Shown in pieces: positions 25,850-37,582 of a stretch of 64,000 nt of DNA. The notes below the pieces were generated by a model. That model was not told the origin of the DNA. It did no database searches and saw only the letters and a list, made by a program, of their open reading frames with translations. The position numbers and the translations under genes are program-made. Where the stretch lies: contig JAFPAV010000020.1 in NCBI GenBank assembly GCA_017390725.1, positions 3,898 through 67,897 on the forward strand, read 5' to 3'. The first letter of the stretch is position 1. Each line of letters begins with the position of its first letter. Source of the DNA: Clostridia bacterium. Lineage in GTDB: Bacteria > Bacillota > Clostridia > Oscillospirales > Acutalibacteraceae.

Positions 25850-27331
25850 TTAATTAAGAGAAGAACAGTCAAGGTGCTGGAACTTTTCGAAAAATGGTTT
25901 TAAAAGCTTAATATCTTCAGCAATTCCACCTTCTATATTGCTTTCAAAATTCATAGGCATAACAGGGTCATGAACACTCATACGAAGTAAAAACCAACCG
26001 TTTTGTGTAGAAACACGAATACCCTCACGGTTATCATCGGCAATAGTATATCTATCGGGAAATTGTGAGGCGAATTTTTCCAATTCTGCAATTACATTAT
26101 TTCCGTATTCCTTAAAATCATCAAGGAGAATATTAAAGCGGCATTCCCTTTCTTCGGCGGGCATTTCAAGGCTGCTTAAAATCGCATTAAGATCTTTTCC
26201 TTTTGCAACCTCAATAACGATTTTTGTAACAAGATATGCTCCGTCATCGAGGAAATAATTTTCTTTTAATGCCGCATGGCCTGAGGTTTCGATTGCTAAG
26301 GGGCAATTAATACCTGAATTACATAATTCAATAGCTTTATTTATAACATTTTTATAGCCTCTGCGATATCTGTAATGCTTACCCTTAAGCTCATTTTCAA
26401 TAAATTTCTTAAGGCCATCAGAGGTTACGGAATCAGTAACGATAGTAGCACCCGGATTATTTTCCATAGCAATTGTCGAAGATAATGCAATAAGTCTGTT
26501 TCTGTTGATTTCATTACCTGAACTGTCAACACAGCCTGCTCTGTCAACATCGGTATCAAAAATTAAACCGAGGTCAGCCTTGGTTTCCTTAACGGCATCG
26601 CAAATGCTCTTCATCGCTTCGGCATTTTCAGGGTTTGGTACGTGATTTGGGAACATACCGTCAGGCTCCAAGAAGCGGCTTCCGGTTATATCGGCTCCAA
26701 GCTTCTCAAGAACATCATATGCATAAAAGCCCCCTGCCCCATTTCCAGCGTCTACAACGATTTTATATCCAGATAAGGGTTTATCACTCTCAGAGCATTT
26801 TAACGACTCACAGATGATTTTACGAAGCCTTGCGGCGTATGTAGACATATATTCCACATCGCAAACGCTTCCTTTTACATCGGTAATAATCCTTTCGCCA
26901 TTATCAGCAAGGTCAAGAATTTCAGCAATGTCGCTTCCCTCAAGACCACCTGATTTAATAAAAAATTTAAGTCCGTTACGGTCAAAAGGATGATGGCTGG
27001 CGGTTATCTGAATAGCGGCATCGGCTTCTAAATCAATAGTTGTCATAAACATAGCGGGAGTAGAAGCTAAGTTGCAGTTAAGTACAGTTACTCCCGATTC
27101 AACAAGTGCATCTATAACAGAAGAAGAAATACTGTCGGCAGTTATTCTGGAATCATGACCAATGGATATTTTTAAATCATTTGAAGCCTTGGCAAACTTG
27201 TTTACAAACCAAACAACAAAGGCATAGGATATATCGCTTACTGCTTCTTGTGTAAGGTCAACAGTATTGCCACCAAGACAACTTGCAATACCACGGACAT
27301 CGGTTCCGCTTTTTAATTTTTTATAACTCAT
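25850..27331 (-). CDS. Phosphoglucomutase/phosphomannomutase family protein
   Basis: ATG at 27331 (MSYKKLKSGTDVRGIA). Active-site loop TASHHPFDRNG and metal-binding loop FDTDVDRAG. Confidence 0.85.
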   Translation of the reverse strand: MSYKKLKSGTDVRGIASCLGGNTVDLTQEAVSDISYAFVVWFVNKFAKASNDLKISIGHDSRITADSISSSVIDALVESGVTVLNCNLASTPAMFMTTIDLEADAAIQITASHHPFDRNGLKFFIKSGGLEGSDIAEILDLADNGERIITDVKGSVCDVEYMSTYAARLRKIICESLKCSESDKPLSGYKIVVDAGNGAGGFYAYDVLEKLGADITGSRFLEPDGMFPNHVPNPENAEAMKSICDAVKETKADLGLIFDTDVDRAGCVDSSGNEINRNRLIALSSTIAMENNPGATIVTDSVTSDGLKKFIENELKGKHYRYRRGYKNVINKAIELCNSGINCPLAIETSGHAALKENYFLDDGAYLVTKIVIEVAKGKDLNAILSSLEMPAEERECRFNILLDDFKEYGNNVIAELEKFASQFPDRYTIADDNREGIRVSTQNGWFLLRMSVHDPVMPMNFESNIEGGIAEDIKLLKPFFEKFQHLDCSSLN

Positions 27332-27517
27332 ATTATTCCCCACTTTACAGTTCGCCGGAAAAATAACCGGCACAAAAATAACCAATTAAGAAAAGAACTA
27401 TAACTCCGGTTGTAAAAAGCATTGATTTTAAAAAGATTCTATACTTATTTTTCAAAGGAAAACACCTCAAGGGTATTATTGAACCGTTTAAAAATAAATA
27501 TTCAAGCGGAGGTTCTT

Positions 27518-27832
27518 ATGGCGGCAATAAAAATAAAAAGTAACATCACAACATTTATTTTTGAAAACAGTGAAAAATTGACGCTAGCAATTAACTGTCT
27601 TTACAGTAGCCGTGCCACCAGGAACCTAAAAAGTAATTTATATTTATTTAATGAAAAATATTATTTGACTATTATTTCGAATGAAAATAAATCGGTTTTT
27701 AAAATCAGTGAATTTGCGGATAATTACAGTAAATCTTATCTGCTAATATCTTTTTTAAATGAATATGCAAAAAATCTTATTATTGAAAACGCCATATCAA
27801 AATACGGAAAAGCGTTTTCTAAATATTTTTGA
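27518..27832 (+). CDS. MecA-like adaptor protein, C-terminal domain only
   Basis: 104 aa from the ATG at 27518 (SD GGAGG). NLYLFNEKYYLTI and LNEYAKNLIIENAISKYGKAF parallel the B. subtilis MecA C-domain segments LYSFENRYYLYV and LEEYGKLIISEHALETIKKHF. Confidence 0.6.
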   Translation: MAAIKIKSNITTFIFENSEKLTLAINCLYSSRATRNLKSNLYLFNEKYYLTIISNENKSVFKISEFADNYSKSYLLISFLNEYAKNLIIENAISKYGKAFSKYF

Positions 27833-28463
27833 TATAATCTACCCTTTCGGCCATATTTTCTGCCGAGAAAAGATAATTACCGGCAACCAAAACGGTGGCA
27901 CCGGCTTTAATAGCTAGGGGTGCTGTTTCACCGTTAATACCGCCATCAACCTCTAATTCAATTTCAAGACCCAGTCTTTCGCTTTCGGCCTTAAGTTTGG
28001 AAAGCTTGTCCAAAGCAGAAGGCATAAATTTCTGACCGCCAAATCCGGGTTCAACCGACATTACAAGAACCATATCACAAAGCGGTAATAAATCAAATAT
28101 TTCTTCTGCGCTCGAGCAAGGCTTGATGGTTATACAGGATTTGCAACCGAGTTCTCTGATTTCCTTAAGGAGTTCAGCATTATCACTACCCGCTTCATAA
28201 TGAAAACCTAGATAATCGGCATACTGTGCGAATTCTTTTATGTAACGGTGCGGTCTGTCAATCATAAGATGAACATCAAGCGGAATGTTAGAATGTGCCT
28301 TTATAGATTTAATAACAGGAACACCGAAGGATATATTAGGAACGAAAATACCATCCATAACGTCAAGATGAAGCATATCAACGCCTGCAGCCTCAAGCTT
28401 TTTAATATCATCAGCAAGGGAGAGAAAATCAGAGGTTAAGACAGATGGTGAAATTTTAACCAA
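27819..28463 (-). CDS. rpe: Ribulose-phosphate 3-epimerase
   Basis: 214 aa. PSVLTSDF, HLDVMDGIFVPN, VHLM, VEPGFGGQKF and VDGGIN motifs. Confidence 0.95.
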   Translation of the reverse strand: MVKISPSVLTSDFLSLADDIKKLEAAGVDMLHLDVMDGIFVPNISFGVPVIKSIKAHSNIPLDVHLMIDRPHRYIKEFAQYADYLGFHYEAGSDNAELLKEIRELGCKSCITIKPCSSAEEIFDLLPLCDMVLVMSVEPGFGGQKFMPSALDKLSKLKAESERLGLEIELEVDGGINGETAPLAIKAGATVLVAGNYLFSAENMAERVDYIKNI

Positions 28464-28496
28464 GAAACATCAAATCCTTTCGTTTATAAACATCAC

Positions 28497-28530
28497 AATA
28501 CGGATACAGCCATTTGACTGTATCCGTATT
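28497..28530 (-). terminator. Hairpin downstream of groEL (probable terminator; weak U tract)
   Basis: 13-bp perfect stem AATACGGATACAG/CTGTATCCGTATT. Only a weak T run follows on the minus strand. Confidence 0.5.
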
Positions 28531-28536
28531 TACTTT

Positions 28537-30467
<1,931 letters not shown>

Positions 30468-30556
30468 CTTAAATTCCTCCAATTAACTTGCTATAAATAT
30501 TATAATCTGTTATTTAGGTATATTATACCACAAACAGCAATAAAAGTAAAACCTAT

Positions 30557-31477
30557 TTATACATTTAAAGCCAGTTTTTTTAACGCTTTTTGAGGCAATA
30601 AAAATTTAATGCCGTTCTTTATTAGTTCAAAATCAAAGCTTTTTGCCATAATAACCTCGCCATCGAGATTTATAGGTAATTCCAAATCGGATTCAATCTC
30701 CAATTTAGAACATTCCTTCATTGTACAAAAGCTTAAATTACCATGTTTACCCTTTTCATATACAGGCAAAAAATGAAGAATTTTTAGTCGGCTTATTGTG
30801 TCAACCAAAGTGAAATTCAAAATGTTATCGTTTGGTATTGCATCGGGAGCACCCATAAAGCCGCCGCCGTAAAAAGGAGCATTAGATATAACAGCAAATA
30901 AGCAATCACGCTCGCCAAGGTCTATATTATCTAATTTAAGCTTCAATTTCAAACCGATTTTTCCGAGGAAAGCTTTTATAATTGCTAATTTATATGCTAA
31001 TCCACCGCTAACAAAGGGTAAATTTTTATATAAAATCATATTTTTAGCAACTATCGCATCCATACCCACAGAGCAACCGTTAAGACAATACTTATCCCCT
31101 GCTCTGATAATATCCATACTAACGGTTTCGCCTTCAAGTTGCTGCTCTAAATCTAAAAATGAATCTTTACAATCAAAGAACCGTAAAAAATCATTTGCAG
31201 AGCCACAAGGAATAACACCCATTACGGCGTTGTCGTATCCGTATATTCCGTTTAAAACCTCAAAGCTTGTTCCCTCTCCGCCGCAGGCAAAAATGGTGAC
31301 ATCGTCCCCTTTTTCTGCTTCACTCCTTGCTATTTCTGTGATATTACCACGGTAATCAGAGAAAGAAATGGAAAATTCTAAATCTTTATCCTTAAAGAAA
31401 TTTTTAATAGCATCGGATAATTTTTCTTTACCCTTGTCTTTTCCGGCTACCGGATTAATTATAAAGACATATCGCAA
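30557..31477 (-). CDS. Diacylglycerol/lipid kinase family protein (YegS/BmrU-like)
   Basis: 306 aa. FIINPVAGK and ACGGEGT (DAGK catalytic-domain GGDGT variant). Confidence 0.8.
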   Translation of the reverse strand: MRYVFIINPVAGKDKGKEKLSDAIKNFFKDKDLEFSISFSDYRGNITEIARSEAEKGDDVTIFACGGEGTSFEVLNGIYGYDNAVMGVIPCGSANDFLRFFDCKDSFLDLEQQLEGETVSMDIIRAGDKYCLNGCSVGMDAIVAKNMILYKNLPFVSGGLAYKLAIIKAFLGKIGLKLKLKLDNIDLGERDCLFAVISNAPFYGGGFMGAPDAIPNDNILNFTLVDTISRLKILHFLPVYEKGKHGNLSFCTMKECSKLEIESDLELPINLDGEVIMAKSFDFELIKNGIKFLLPQKALKKLALNV

Positions 31478-31497
31478 TTTTTACTTCCTCTTTTCGT

Positions 31498-32619
31498 TTA
31501 TTTTAAATACATAAACAATTGACATTTTATCATTCCGTTATAAAGCTTACGTCTCTTATCTGCAGTGCGACCAAAATGCTTTTCAAATTCATCGTGGGGG
31601 CTGATTATAAAGAATTTATGACCTTCTTGCTTTACAAAGCGTTCGCCCATAACGCTATAAAGTTTTTCAGCAGATTTTACATCCAGTAATCTCTCTCCAT
31701 AAGGTGGATTTGTTACTGTAATGCACCTATCATTAGGTAGAACAAAATCCTTAACATCACCAACAGAAGCTCTAACATATTTTTCAACACCGGCTTTTTT
31801 AGCATTATTAAGGGTTAATTCAACGGCTTTTGGATCGATATCATAACCCACCGCCGAAAACTCAATGTTTTTTCGTATCAAATCCTGCGCACGAGTTCTT
31901 TCTTCTCGCCATATCCTTTCATCAATAAAGCTAAAGCGCTCAGCAGAAAAGCTTCTGCGAAGTCCTGGCGCTATACCCTTTGCCATCATAGCGGATTCAA
32001 TAAGAAAGGTTCCGCTTCCGCACATAGGGTCATAAATCTGTGTATCAGGATAAATTCTGGCCAAATCACATATTGATGCTGCAAGGGTTTCCTTGAGCGG
32101 AGCATCGTTGGAATTTCTGCGGTATCCCCTTTTATGCAAACCCTCACCCGAGGTATCGATCATCATTGTAACCTTATCCTTATGAATTGAAAAACGAATT
32201 TTAATTTCAGTACCGGTTTCTTCAAACCAGGATATTTTGTATTTTTCTTTAAGACGCTCAACGATGGCTTTTTTAATTATTGACTGACAGTCAGGTATAC
32301 TATGCAACGCAGAAGAAATACTCCAACCGTTTACGGGAAAAGCATCGTCTTTGCGTATAAAGTTTTCCCAAGGTAATGACTTAACATTGTCAAACAATTC
32401 GGTAAAGCTAGTAGCGATAAATTCGCCTACATTAATGAGAATTCGTTCCGAAAACGAAGATGATATATTTGCCCTTGCTAATAAATTAGCATCACCCTTT
32501 AAAAGAATTCTGCCGTTTTCGGTTATGATATCCTCAAAACCCATTCTTTTGAATTCAAAAGCAGCAATACTTTCGGTTCCAAAAAGACAGGGGGCGACTA
32601 AATTAAATTTATTATCCAT
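31498..32619 (-). CDS. THUMP-domain class I SAM-dependent RNA methyltransferase (RlmL/YpsC-like)
   Basis: 373 aa. DPMCGSGTFLIE (motif I) and VTNPPYGERL (motif IV NPPY). Confidence 0.8.
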   Translation of the reverse strand: MDNKFNLVAPCLFGTESIAAFEFKRMGFEDIITENGRILLKGDANLLARANISSSFSERILINVGEFIATSFTELFDNVKSLPWENFIRKDDAFPVNGWSISSALHSIPDCQSIIKKAIVERLKEKYKISWFEETGTEIKIRFSIHKDKVTMMIDTSGEGLHKRGYRRNSNDAPLKETLAASICDLARIYPDTQIYDPMCGSGTFLIESAMMAKGIAPGLRRSFSAERFSFIDERIWREERTRAQDLIRKNIEFSAVGYDIDPKAVELTLNNAKKAGVEKYVRASVGDVKDFVLPNDRCITVTNPPYGERLLDVKSAEKLYSVMGERFVKQEGHKFFIISPHDEFEKHFGRTADKRRKLYNGMIKCQLFMYLK

Positions 32620-32620
32620 T

Positions 32621-33466
32621 TTAAACCTCCGCAGTTGCGTGACGGGTGACGTGACAGCCGATATTTACAGCTAAAGGTAACCCAGCTATATGAGTTGCTG
32701 CGTATTCTATGTTTACCGCAAGGGCAGTTGTATCGCCGCCAAAACCTTGCGGTCCTATCCCTAATTCATTAATTTTTTCTAAGAGTTCTTTTTCTAATTC
32801 AGCATAAAAAGTATTTTGATTTCTAAGGGTTATATCACGGCATAGGGCTTTTTTAGAAAGAAAAGCACACTGTTCAAAATCTCCGCCGATACCAACGCCA
32901 ACTACTATTGGAGGACAAGGATTTGAACCGGCTGCTTTAACTATATCTAAAACGGCCGAAACAACGCCGTCTTTTCCGTCAGACGGTTTTAACATTTTCA
33001 ATGCACTCATATTTTCACTGCCAAACCCCTTAGGTGCAACAGTAATCTTTATTTTATCACCGTCAACAACGCTAGTGTGAATAACCGCAGGCGTATTATC
33101 GTTAGTATTAATTCTTTCTATCGGATCAGCTACAACTGATTTTCGTAGAAGACCTTTTTCATAACCTCGGCGAACTCCTTCGTTTATTGCAGCATTTAGG
33201 TTGCCGCCGCATACGTGAACATCCTGCCCTATTTCAATAAAAACCACAGCCATACCCGTATCCTGGCAGATAGGTAAATCATATTCCTGTGCTGCTTTTA
33301 TATTTTCTTCCAGGTCGTGTAATATGCTTTTAGCTAATGGATTGTTTTCATTGATTTTGCAATTTTTAATGCAACATTCAATATCCGAAGGAAGCTTTTT
33401 GTTGGCTTTAATGCACAGCATTTCTACGGTTGATATAATTTTTTTAACATCAATTTCTCTTATCAT
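32621..33466 (-). CDS. Class I (Fe-S) fumarate hydratase / tartrate dehydratase family, alpha subunit
   Basis: 281 aa. PICQDTGMAVVF and other Cys ligand motifs of the FumA N-terminal/TtdA family. Confidence 0.8.
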   Translation of the reverse strand: MIREIDVKKIISTVEMLCIKANKKLPSDIECCIKNCKINENNPLAKSILHDLEENIKAAQEYDLPICQDTGMAVVFIEIGQDVHVCGGNLNAAINEGVRRGYEKGLLRKSVVADPIERINTNDNTPAVIHTSVVDGDKIKITVAPKGFGSENMSALKMLKPSDGKDGVVSAVLDIVKAAGSNPCPPIVVGVGIGGDFEQCAFLSKKALCRDITLRNQNTFYAELEKELLEKINELGIGPQGFGGDTTALAVNIEYAATHIAGLPLAVNIGCHVTRHATAEV

Positions 33467-33489
33467 TTTATAATACTCCGAACTTTATT

Positions 33490-33536
33490 ATAACAAAACA
33501 AGGGCTGAACCAAAATTAGCTAAGGTTCCGCCCTGT
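33490..33536 (-). terminator. Rho-independent terminator after the yabR-like gene
   Basis: Minus-strand stem CAGGGCGGAACC/GGTTCAGCCCTTG, followed by TTTTGTT. Confidence 0.6.
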
Positions 33537-33540
33537 TATA

Positions 33541-33996
33541 CTATTTCATTGCACCACGCTTTGAACGGCGGGTATCGGGATTTTTTCTTTTTAAATCAGA
33601 AAATTTTTCATCGCTTGTTTGCTTAAAGCGATTCATCATTTCTTCGAAACTTGCAGATTCACTTTTTTTAGGCATCCAGGTGAAAGAAGAATCTATCTTA
33701 GCCGGAGCGGGGGTTTTTCTTTCACGCTTAAAATTATTACCTTTTTCTGCAGGGTTAGTTTCCTCTAACGCCTTTTTGATACTAAGACTTATCTTTCCGT
33801 TATCTGCTATGGTTAAAACCTTAGCTTTTACAGAATCCCCTATTTTGAAAAAATCGTTAATATCGCTAACATATGTACGGGCAACTTCGGAAATATGAAC
33901 CATTCCTGACTTACCTTCACCAACATCAACAAAAACACCAAAATTTGTGATACCGGTTATTTTTCCTTCAATAATTTGACCTACCGCAAGTTGCAT
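33541..33996 (-). CDS. yabR: S1 RNA-binding domain protein (YabR-like)
   Basis: ATG at 33996 after AGGAGG. GKITGITNFGVFVDVGEGKSGMVHISEVA is an S1 fold. Its position after divIC matches the B. subtilis yabO-yabP-yabQ-divIC-yabR order. Confidence 0.8.
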   Translation of the reverse strand: MQLAVGQIIEGKITGITNFGVFVDVGEGKSGMVHISEVARTYVSDINDFFKIGDSVKAKVLTIADNGKISLSIKKALEETNPAEKGNNFKRERKTPAPAKIDSSFTWMPKKSESASFEEMMNRFKQTSDEKFSDLKRKNPDTRRSKRGAMK

Positions 33997-34024
33997 AAAA
34001 GAAATATATCCTCCTAAATTATTA

Positions 34025-34312
34025 TCAATTACCTGAAATATCAATAAACACCTGTTCATCCGAAAAAACATAACCCAGTCTCTCCCTGGCTGCTTTTTCA
34101 ACAATGGCAGAATTTGAATCATCATCCAACATCGCTCTTAATTCTTCAATTGAGTTTTTTTCGGCTGCGTACTGCTCTTCTAAAGCTTTTAGAGTTGCTT
34201 TGCTTTCATTGAGAGTATTCCATAAACCAAGTAAGGTTACTATCAAATAAACACAAACGCCGAGAACTAAAAATCTTACAAAATAGCTTTTGTTACTTTT
34301 GACTCTACCCAT
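34025..34312 (-). CDS. divIC: Septum formation initiator (DivIC/FtsB family)
   Basis: A single TM helix, a coiled coil, and the conserved C-terminal ARERLGYV. I prefer the ATG at 34312; the track ORF opens at a TTG at 34363. Confidence 0.8.
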   Translation of the reverse strand: MGRVKSNKSYFVRFLVLGVCVYLIVTLLGLWNTLNESKATLKALEEQYAAEKNSIEELRAMLDDDSNSAIVEKAARERLGYVFSDEQVFIDISGN

Positions 34313-34369
34313 AAGCAAATGCCTTTCAAACTTACTCAATATATTATGGTTAGTATACAACAAATGCCG

Positions 34370-34804
34370 TTACTTTTTCAAGGCTTTTTTCCATATTTTA
34401 AGTATTTTTTTGAAAAAACTTTTAAAAAACAAAATAACTTTGTCTAAAATAGAATTTTTATAATTAAAAATCCACTTTAAAAAGGTATTTGTTTTTAAAA
34501 AAATATATTTAAAAATTTTTAATGATAGATTAGAAAGTGTAAGAAAATTTATTATAAACCCTATTAGGCTTCCAAAAAAATAATATCCCCGTATTTCCCC
34601 TTTTGAGAACTCTAATGAAAAGCAAAACAGGCAAAAAGCTGAAAATAACCAAAAAACTATGTCGGTTATAAAAGTTATAACTTTTTTATTTTTTTTAAGA
34701 TAACGCATTCCTCTTAAAAGGTCATAAAAAATGCCAAGGAAAAAACCTAAAATTAAAGAGTATAAAAACGTTAAAATCTGTGAATATGAATTAATCTCCC
34801 ACAT
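34370..34804 (-). CDS. yabQ: Spore cortex biosynthesis protein YabQ
   Basis: 144-aa multi-TM protein between yabP and divIC. The N-terminal region LGFFLGIFYDLLR is typical of YabQ. Confidence 0.7.
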   Translation of the reverse strand: MWEINSYSQILTFLYSLILGFFLGIFYDLLRGMRYLKKNKKVITFITDIVFWLFSAFCLFCFSLEFSKGEIRGYYFFGSLIGFIINFLTLSNLSLKIFKYIFLKTNTFLKWIFNYKNSILDKVILFFKSFFKKILKIWKKALKK

Positions 34805-34806
34805 AA

Positions 34807-35070
34807 CTATTTAAAAACTCTTTTGAAAAAGGCTTCTTTTTTGCCGCTGTTAGTATAAACTAATGCAATGAACTCCCCTTCTGCTCTAAGCTCACCGGAT
34901 TGTGTATCAAAGCTCGTAATATGTAAATTGCTTCCTTTAATTGTCAGATTTCCAAGGTCGGTTGTTAGAATAATTGTTTCTTCATCAAAATTTATTACAT
35001 CCGAAACAGCGGATAAGGATAATTTGTTTCTGTTTTCAAGAATTAAGTTGCTGAATCTTTCCTGTTCCAT
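34807..35070 (-). CDS. yabP: Sporulation protein YabP
   Basis: MEQERFSNLILENRNKLSLSAVSDVINFDEETIILTTDLGNLTIKGSNLHI matches the YabP/YqfC pattern. I use the ATG at 35070. Confidence 0.8.
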   Translation of the reverse strand: MEQERFSNLILENRNKLSLSAVSDVINFDEETIILTTDLGNLTIKGSNLHITSFDTQSGELRAEGEFIALVYTNSGKKEAFFKRVFK

Positions 35071-35120
35071 AAAAAACACCCCTTGAAAAAATATATTCAA
35101 AGGGTGTTTTAAAAATTACA

Positions 35121-35363
35121 TTATTCAATTATTTCAAATAGGTTTGCGGCTTCCTCTTTTTTTACGACCTCACTAACGTTAATTACTTTGGCTTTAAAAA
35201 GACGTGCGCCGAAAGAAATTTCGATTACATCCCCTATTTTTATATCATAAGAGGCTCTGGCGGGTTTGCCGTTAACTAAAACACGACCTGCATCACAGGC
35301 TTCATTTGCAACAGTTCTTCGCTTAATAATACGGGAAACCTTTAAATATTTATCTAATCTCAT
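35121..35363 (-). CDS. RNA-binding S4 domain protein (YabO/HslR-like)
   Basis: 80 aa. MRLDKYLKVSRIIKRRTVANEACDAGRVLVNGK is an S4 domain. Confidence 0.85.
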   Translation of the reverse strand: MRLDKYLKVSRIIKRRTVANEACDAGRVLVNGKPARASYDIKIGDVIEISFGARLFKAKVINVSEVVKKEEAANLFEIIE

Positions 35364-35371
35364 TAAAAACT

Positions 35372-35410
35372 CCTAAAAAACTATAAGCCGCCCGTAACGG
35401 ACGGCTTATA
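35372..35410 (-). terminator. Rho-independent terminator after hup
   Basis: Minus-strand stem ATAAGCCGTCCG/CGGGCGGCTTAT, followed by AGTTTTTT. Confidence 0.75.
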
Positions 35411-35424
35411 TAAGTAAGGTTTAA

Positions 35425-35700
35425 TTACTTTGCAACAGCATCCTTGAATGCTTTACCAGCCTTGAAAACAGGGCTCTTGGAAGCAGCAATCTTAATCTTT
35501 TCCTTGGTAAGAGGATTGATACCCTCACGAGCAGCACGCTCTCTGATTTCGAAAGAACCGAAACCGATGAGCTGAACCTTGTTACCAGCCTTTAATTCAT
35601 CACCAATAGTAGCGATGAAAGCGGCAACAGCCTTGTCAGCATCCTTCTTAGAAATTCCTGCTTTTTCAGCAATTGCAGCGATTAATTCTGTCTTGTTCAT
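35425..35700 (-). CDS. hup: DNA-binding protein HU
   Basis: 91 aa from the ATG at 35700 (SD GGAGG). [25 protein letters not shown]...[18 protein letters not shown]. Confidence 0.95.
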   Translation of the reverse strand: MNKTELIAAIAEKAGISKKDADKAVAAFIATIGDELKAGNKVQLIGFGSFEIRERAAREGINPLTKEKIKIAASKSPVFKAGKAFKDAVAK

Positions 35701-35881
35701 TGTTAGAACCTCCATAAAATTTTTTAACGAACTTAAATCGTTATTAGGAAAACTAAACCGAAGAACTTGTCCACGATTACTATATATTTTTACCATATAT
35801 TTTCAAAAAAATCAATAGATTTTATGCAAATAATTCATAAAAAAGGCGAAAACAAGCAAAAATTTCCGTATTGAACAAATT

Positions 35882-37573
35882 TTAACGCAATATTTTGTGC
35901 TTTTTGCAGAATTTTACTATGCTTTTACCCATAGGTATTGTGGTAAAGTCCTCTTCTTCAAAGGCGTTTAAGATAATCAAACATACCAGATAAACGATAC
36001 CTGCAACTATAATGGAAGCCAAAGTAACGATTTTTGAATCAGATAAGGAGGTTACTGCCCAAGCAGCAGCACCAGAAAATACAGATGAAATTAACGGTTT
36101 AATAAACACTTTGATGATACTTGGAATTACACCTGTAAATTTTATCAAGCATAAAATATTTGCAAAGAAAATAAACAAATAACAACAAAGAGTTCCAATA
36201 GGTGCGCCCAAAATGTTAATAGAAGGAATTCCCACTAAAACATAATTTACAATAATTTTAATAACTGCACCAATGGCTATGTTTATAACGGGCACATTTT
36301 GTTTACCAATAGCTTGAAGCATACTTGTAAGCGGTAACGATAAACCTGCAAAAACTGCAGCTATACCGAAAATACTAAGCATTGGTCCACCGATTTCTAC
36401 CGATGCGGTGCTTTTATACAAAAGTCCCATAACGGGGCCGCTAATTGCGGCAAGACCGATACCGGCGGGCATTGCAATTAAAGCGGTCATTTTAATAATT
36501 GAATCAATATTTTTCTTAATGGCAGATTTGTCCTTAACTACCCACGAAGAAGCAAGCACAGGTAAAGCACTTACTCCCAATACAGATGTAATAGTAGGTA
36601 TTAAATTGTATAGTGTAAAGGCTTTGCCTCTAATTCCGTAAAGAAATGTAGGTATTCCCCCATCGGTTAGCTTTGTTGCTGCAGTGCTATTAAAGTCAGC
36701 TATTGATTCTGAATACATTTCTCTTAGATAGTCAGCACTGTTTTCAACTAATTGTGATAACTGCAGCTTAACCATTGAAACATCTATGAGAGAAGCAACA
36801 TTATTTGCTAGTGATGTTAAAACAACGGGAATAGCAATTGCTATTAATCCCTTAAGGGCAGTTCTCTGCGGAATAGCATCAGCAGAAGCTTCAAGTTCAT
36901 TTTCAGTAATATTGTCACCTTTGAACTTGTAATTAAGACGAAGATACAAAGCAGCACACATTGAGCCTACGGTTATACCTAACATTGCTCCTGCAGCAGC
37001 ATAAGCTACATTATTTGTAAGCTTCATTACAACGAAAGCAAAACCGTAACCTAAAATAAGTTTTCCCAGAGCCTCGATAACGTTAGAAAATGCCGTTGGG
37101 TACATATTTCTGAGGCCCTCATAATAACCTCTGTATGTGGACATAATACAGCAGAAAATCAAATTCGGTGCGATTGCAAAAATACTGTATATAGTTTTGC
37201 CTGTAGGGTCGGTTATTTTAACAAAGGGATATATCAGTAAAAGCATTAGGGTAAAACCAACAATACCCGAAACTAAAAAGGCCTTACGAGCTATTTTAAG
37301 TGTCTGTCTAACGTCTTTAAATCTATTAACGGCAATATTCTCGGCAACAATTCTTGAAACTGCAATAGGCAGCCCTGCCATAGCGAGAGAATAAATAGGT
37401 AGGAATAAATCATAAGCTGAGGAAAAATAGCCAAATCCTAAATCCCCAATCAGATTTGAAAGGGGTATTTTAAAAACAGCGCCTATGATTTTAACAAGAG
37501 CGGTTGCAACAATAAGAATTATTGCGCCATATTCAAAGCTTTGTTGTTTTCTTTTATTTTGAAAATCAGACAT
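35882..37573 (-). CDS. MOP-superfamily flippase (SpoVB/YabM/MurJ-like polysaccharide biosynthesis protein)
   Basis: 563 aa, about 14 TM segments, with a typical MOP/MurJ-like N-terminus. Synteny with the yab cluster. Confidence 0.75.
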   Translation of the reverse strand: MSDFQNKRKQQSFEYGAIILIVATALVKIIGAVFKIPLSNLIGDLGFGYFSSAYDLFLPIYSLAMAGLPIAVSRIVAENIAVNRFKDVRQTLKIARKAFLVSGIVGFTLMLLLIYPFVKITDPTGKTIYSIFAIAPNLIFCCIMSTYRGYYEGLRNMYPTAFSNVIEALGKLILGYGFAFVVMKLTNNVAYAAAGAMLGITVGSMCAALYLRLNYKFKGDNITENELEASADAIPQRTALKGLIAIAIPVVLTSLANNVASLIDVSMVKLQLSQLVENSADYLREMYSESIADFNSTAATKLTDGGIPTFLYGIRGKAFTLYNLIPTITSVLGVSALPVLASSWVVKDKSAIKKNIDSIIKMTALIAMPAGIGLAAISGPVMGLLYKSTASVEIGGPMLSIFGIAAVFAGLSLPLTSMLQAIGKQNVPVINIAIGAVIKIIVNYVLVGIPSINILGAPIGTLCCYLFIFFANILCLIKFTGVIPSIIKVFIKPLISSVFSGAAAWAVTSLSDSKIVTLASIIVAGIVYLVCLIILNAFEEEDFTTIPMGKSIVKFCKKHKILR

Positions 37574-37582
37574 ATATTTCTC

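Noticed and set aside
27422-27517. An N-terminal extension of the MecA-like ORF (track start 27422)
   Set aside because: The first 32 codons lie in the divergent promoter spacer and have no SD. The ATG at 27518 has a GGAGG 7 nt upstream.
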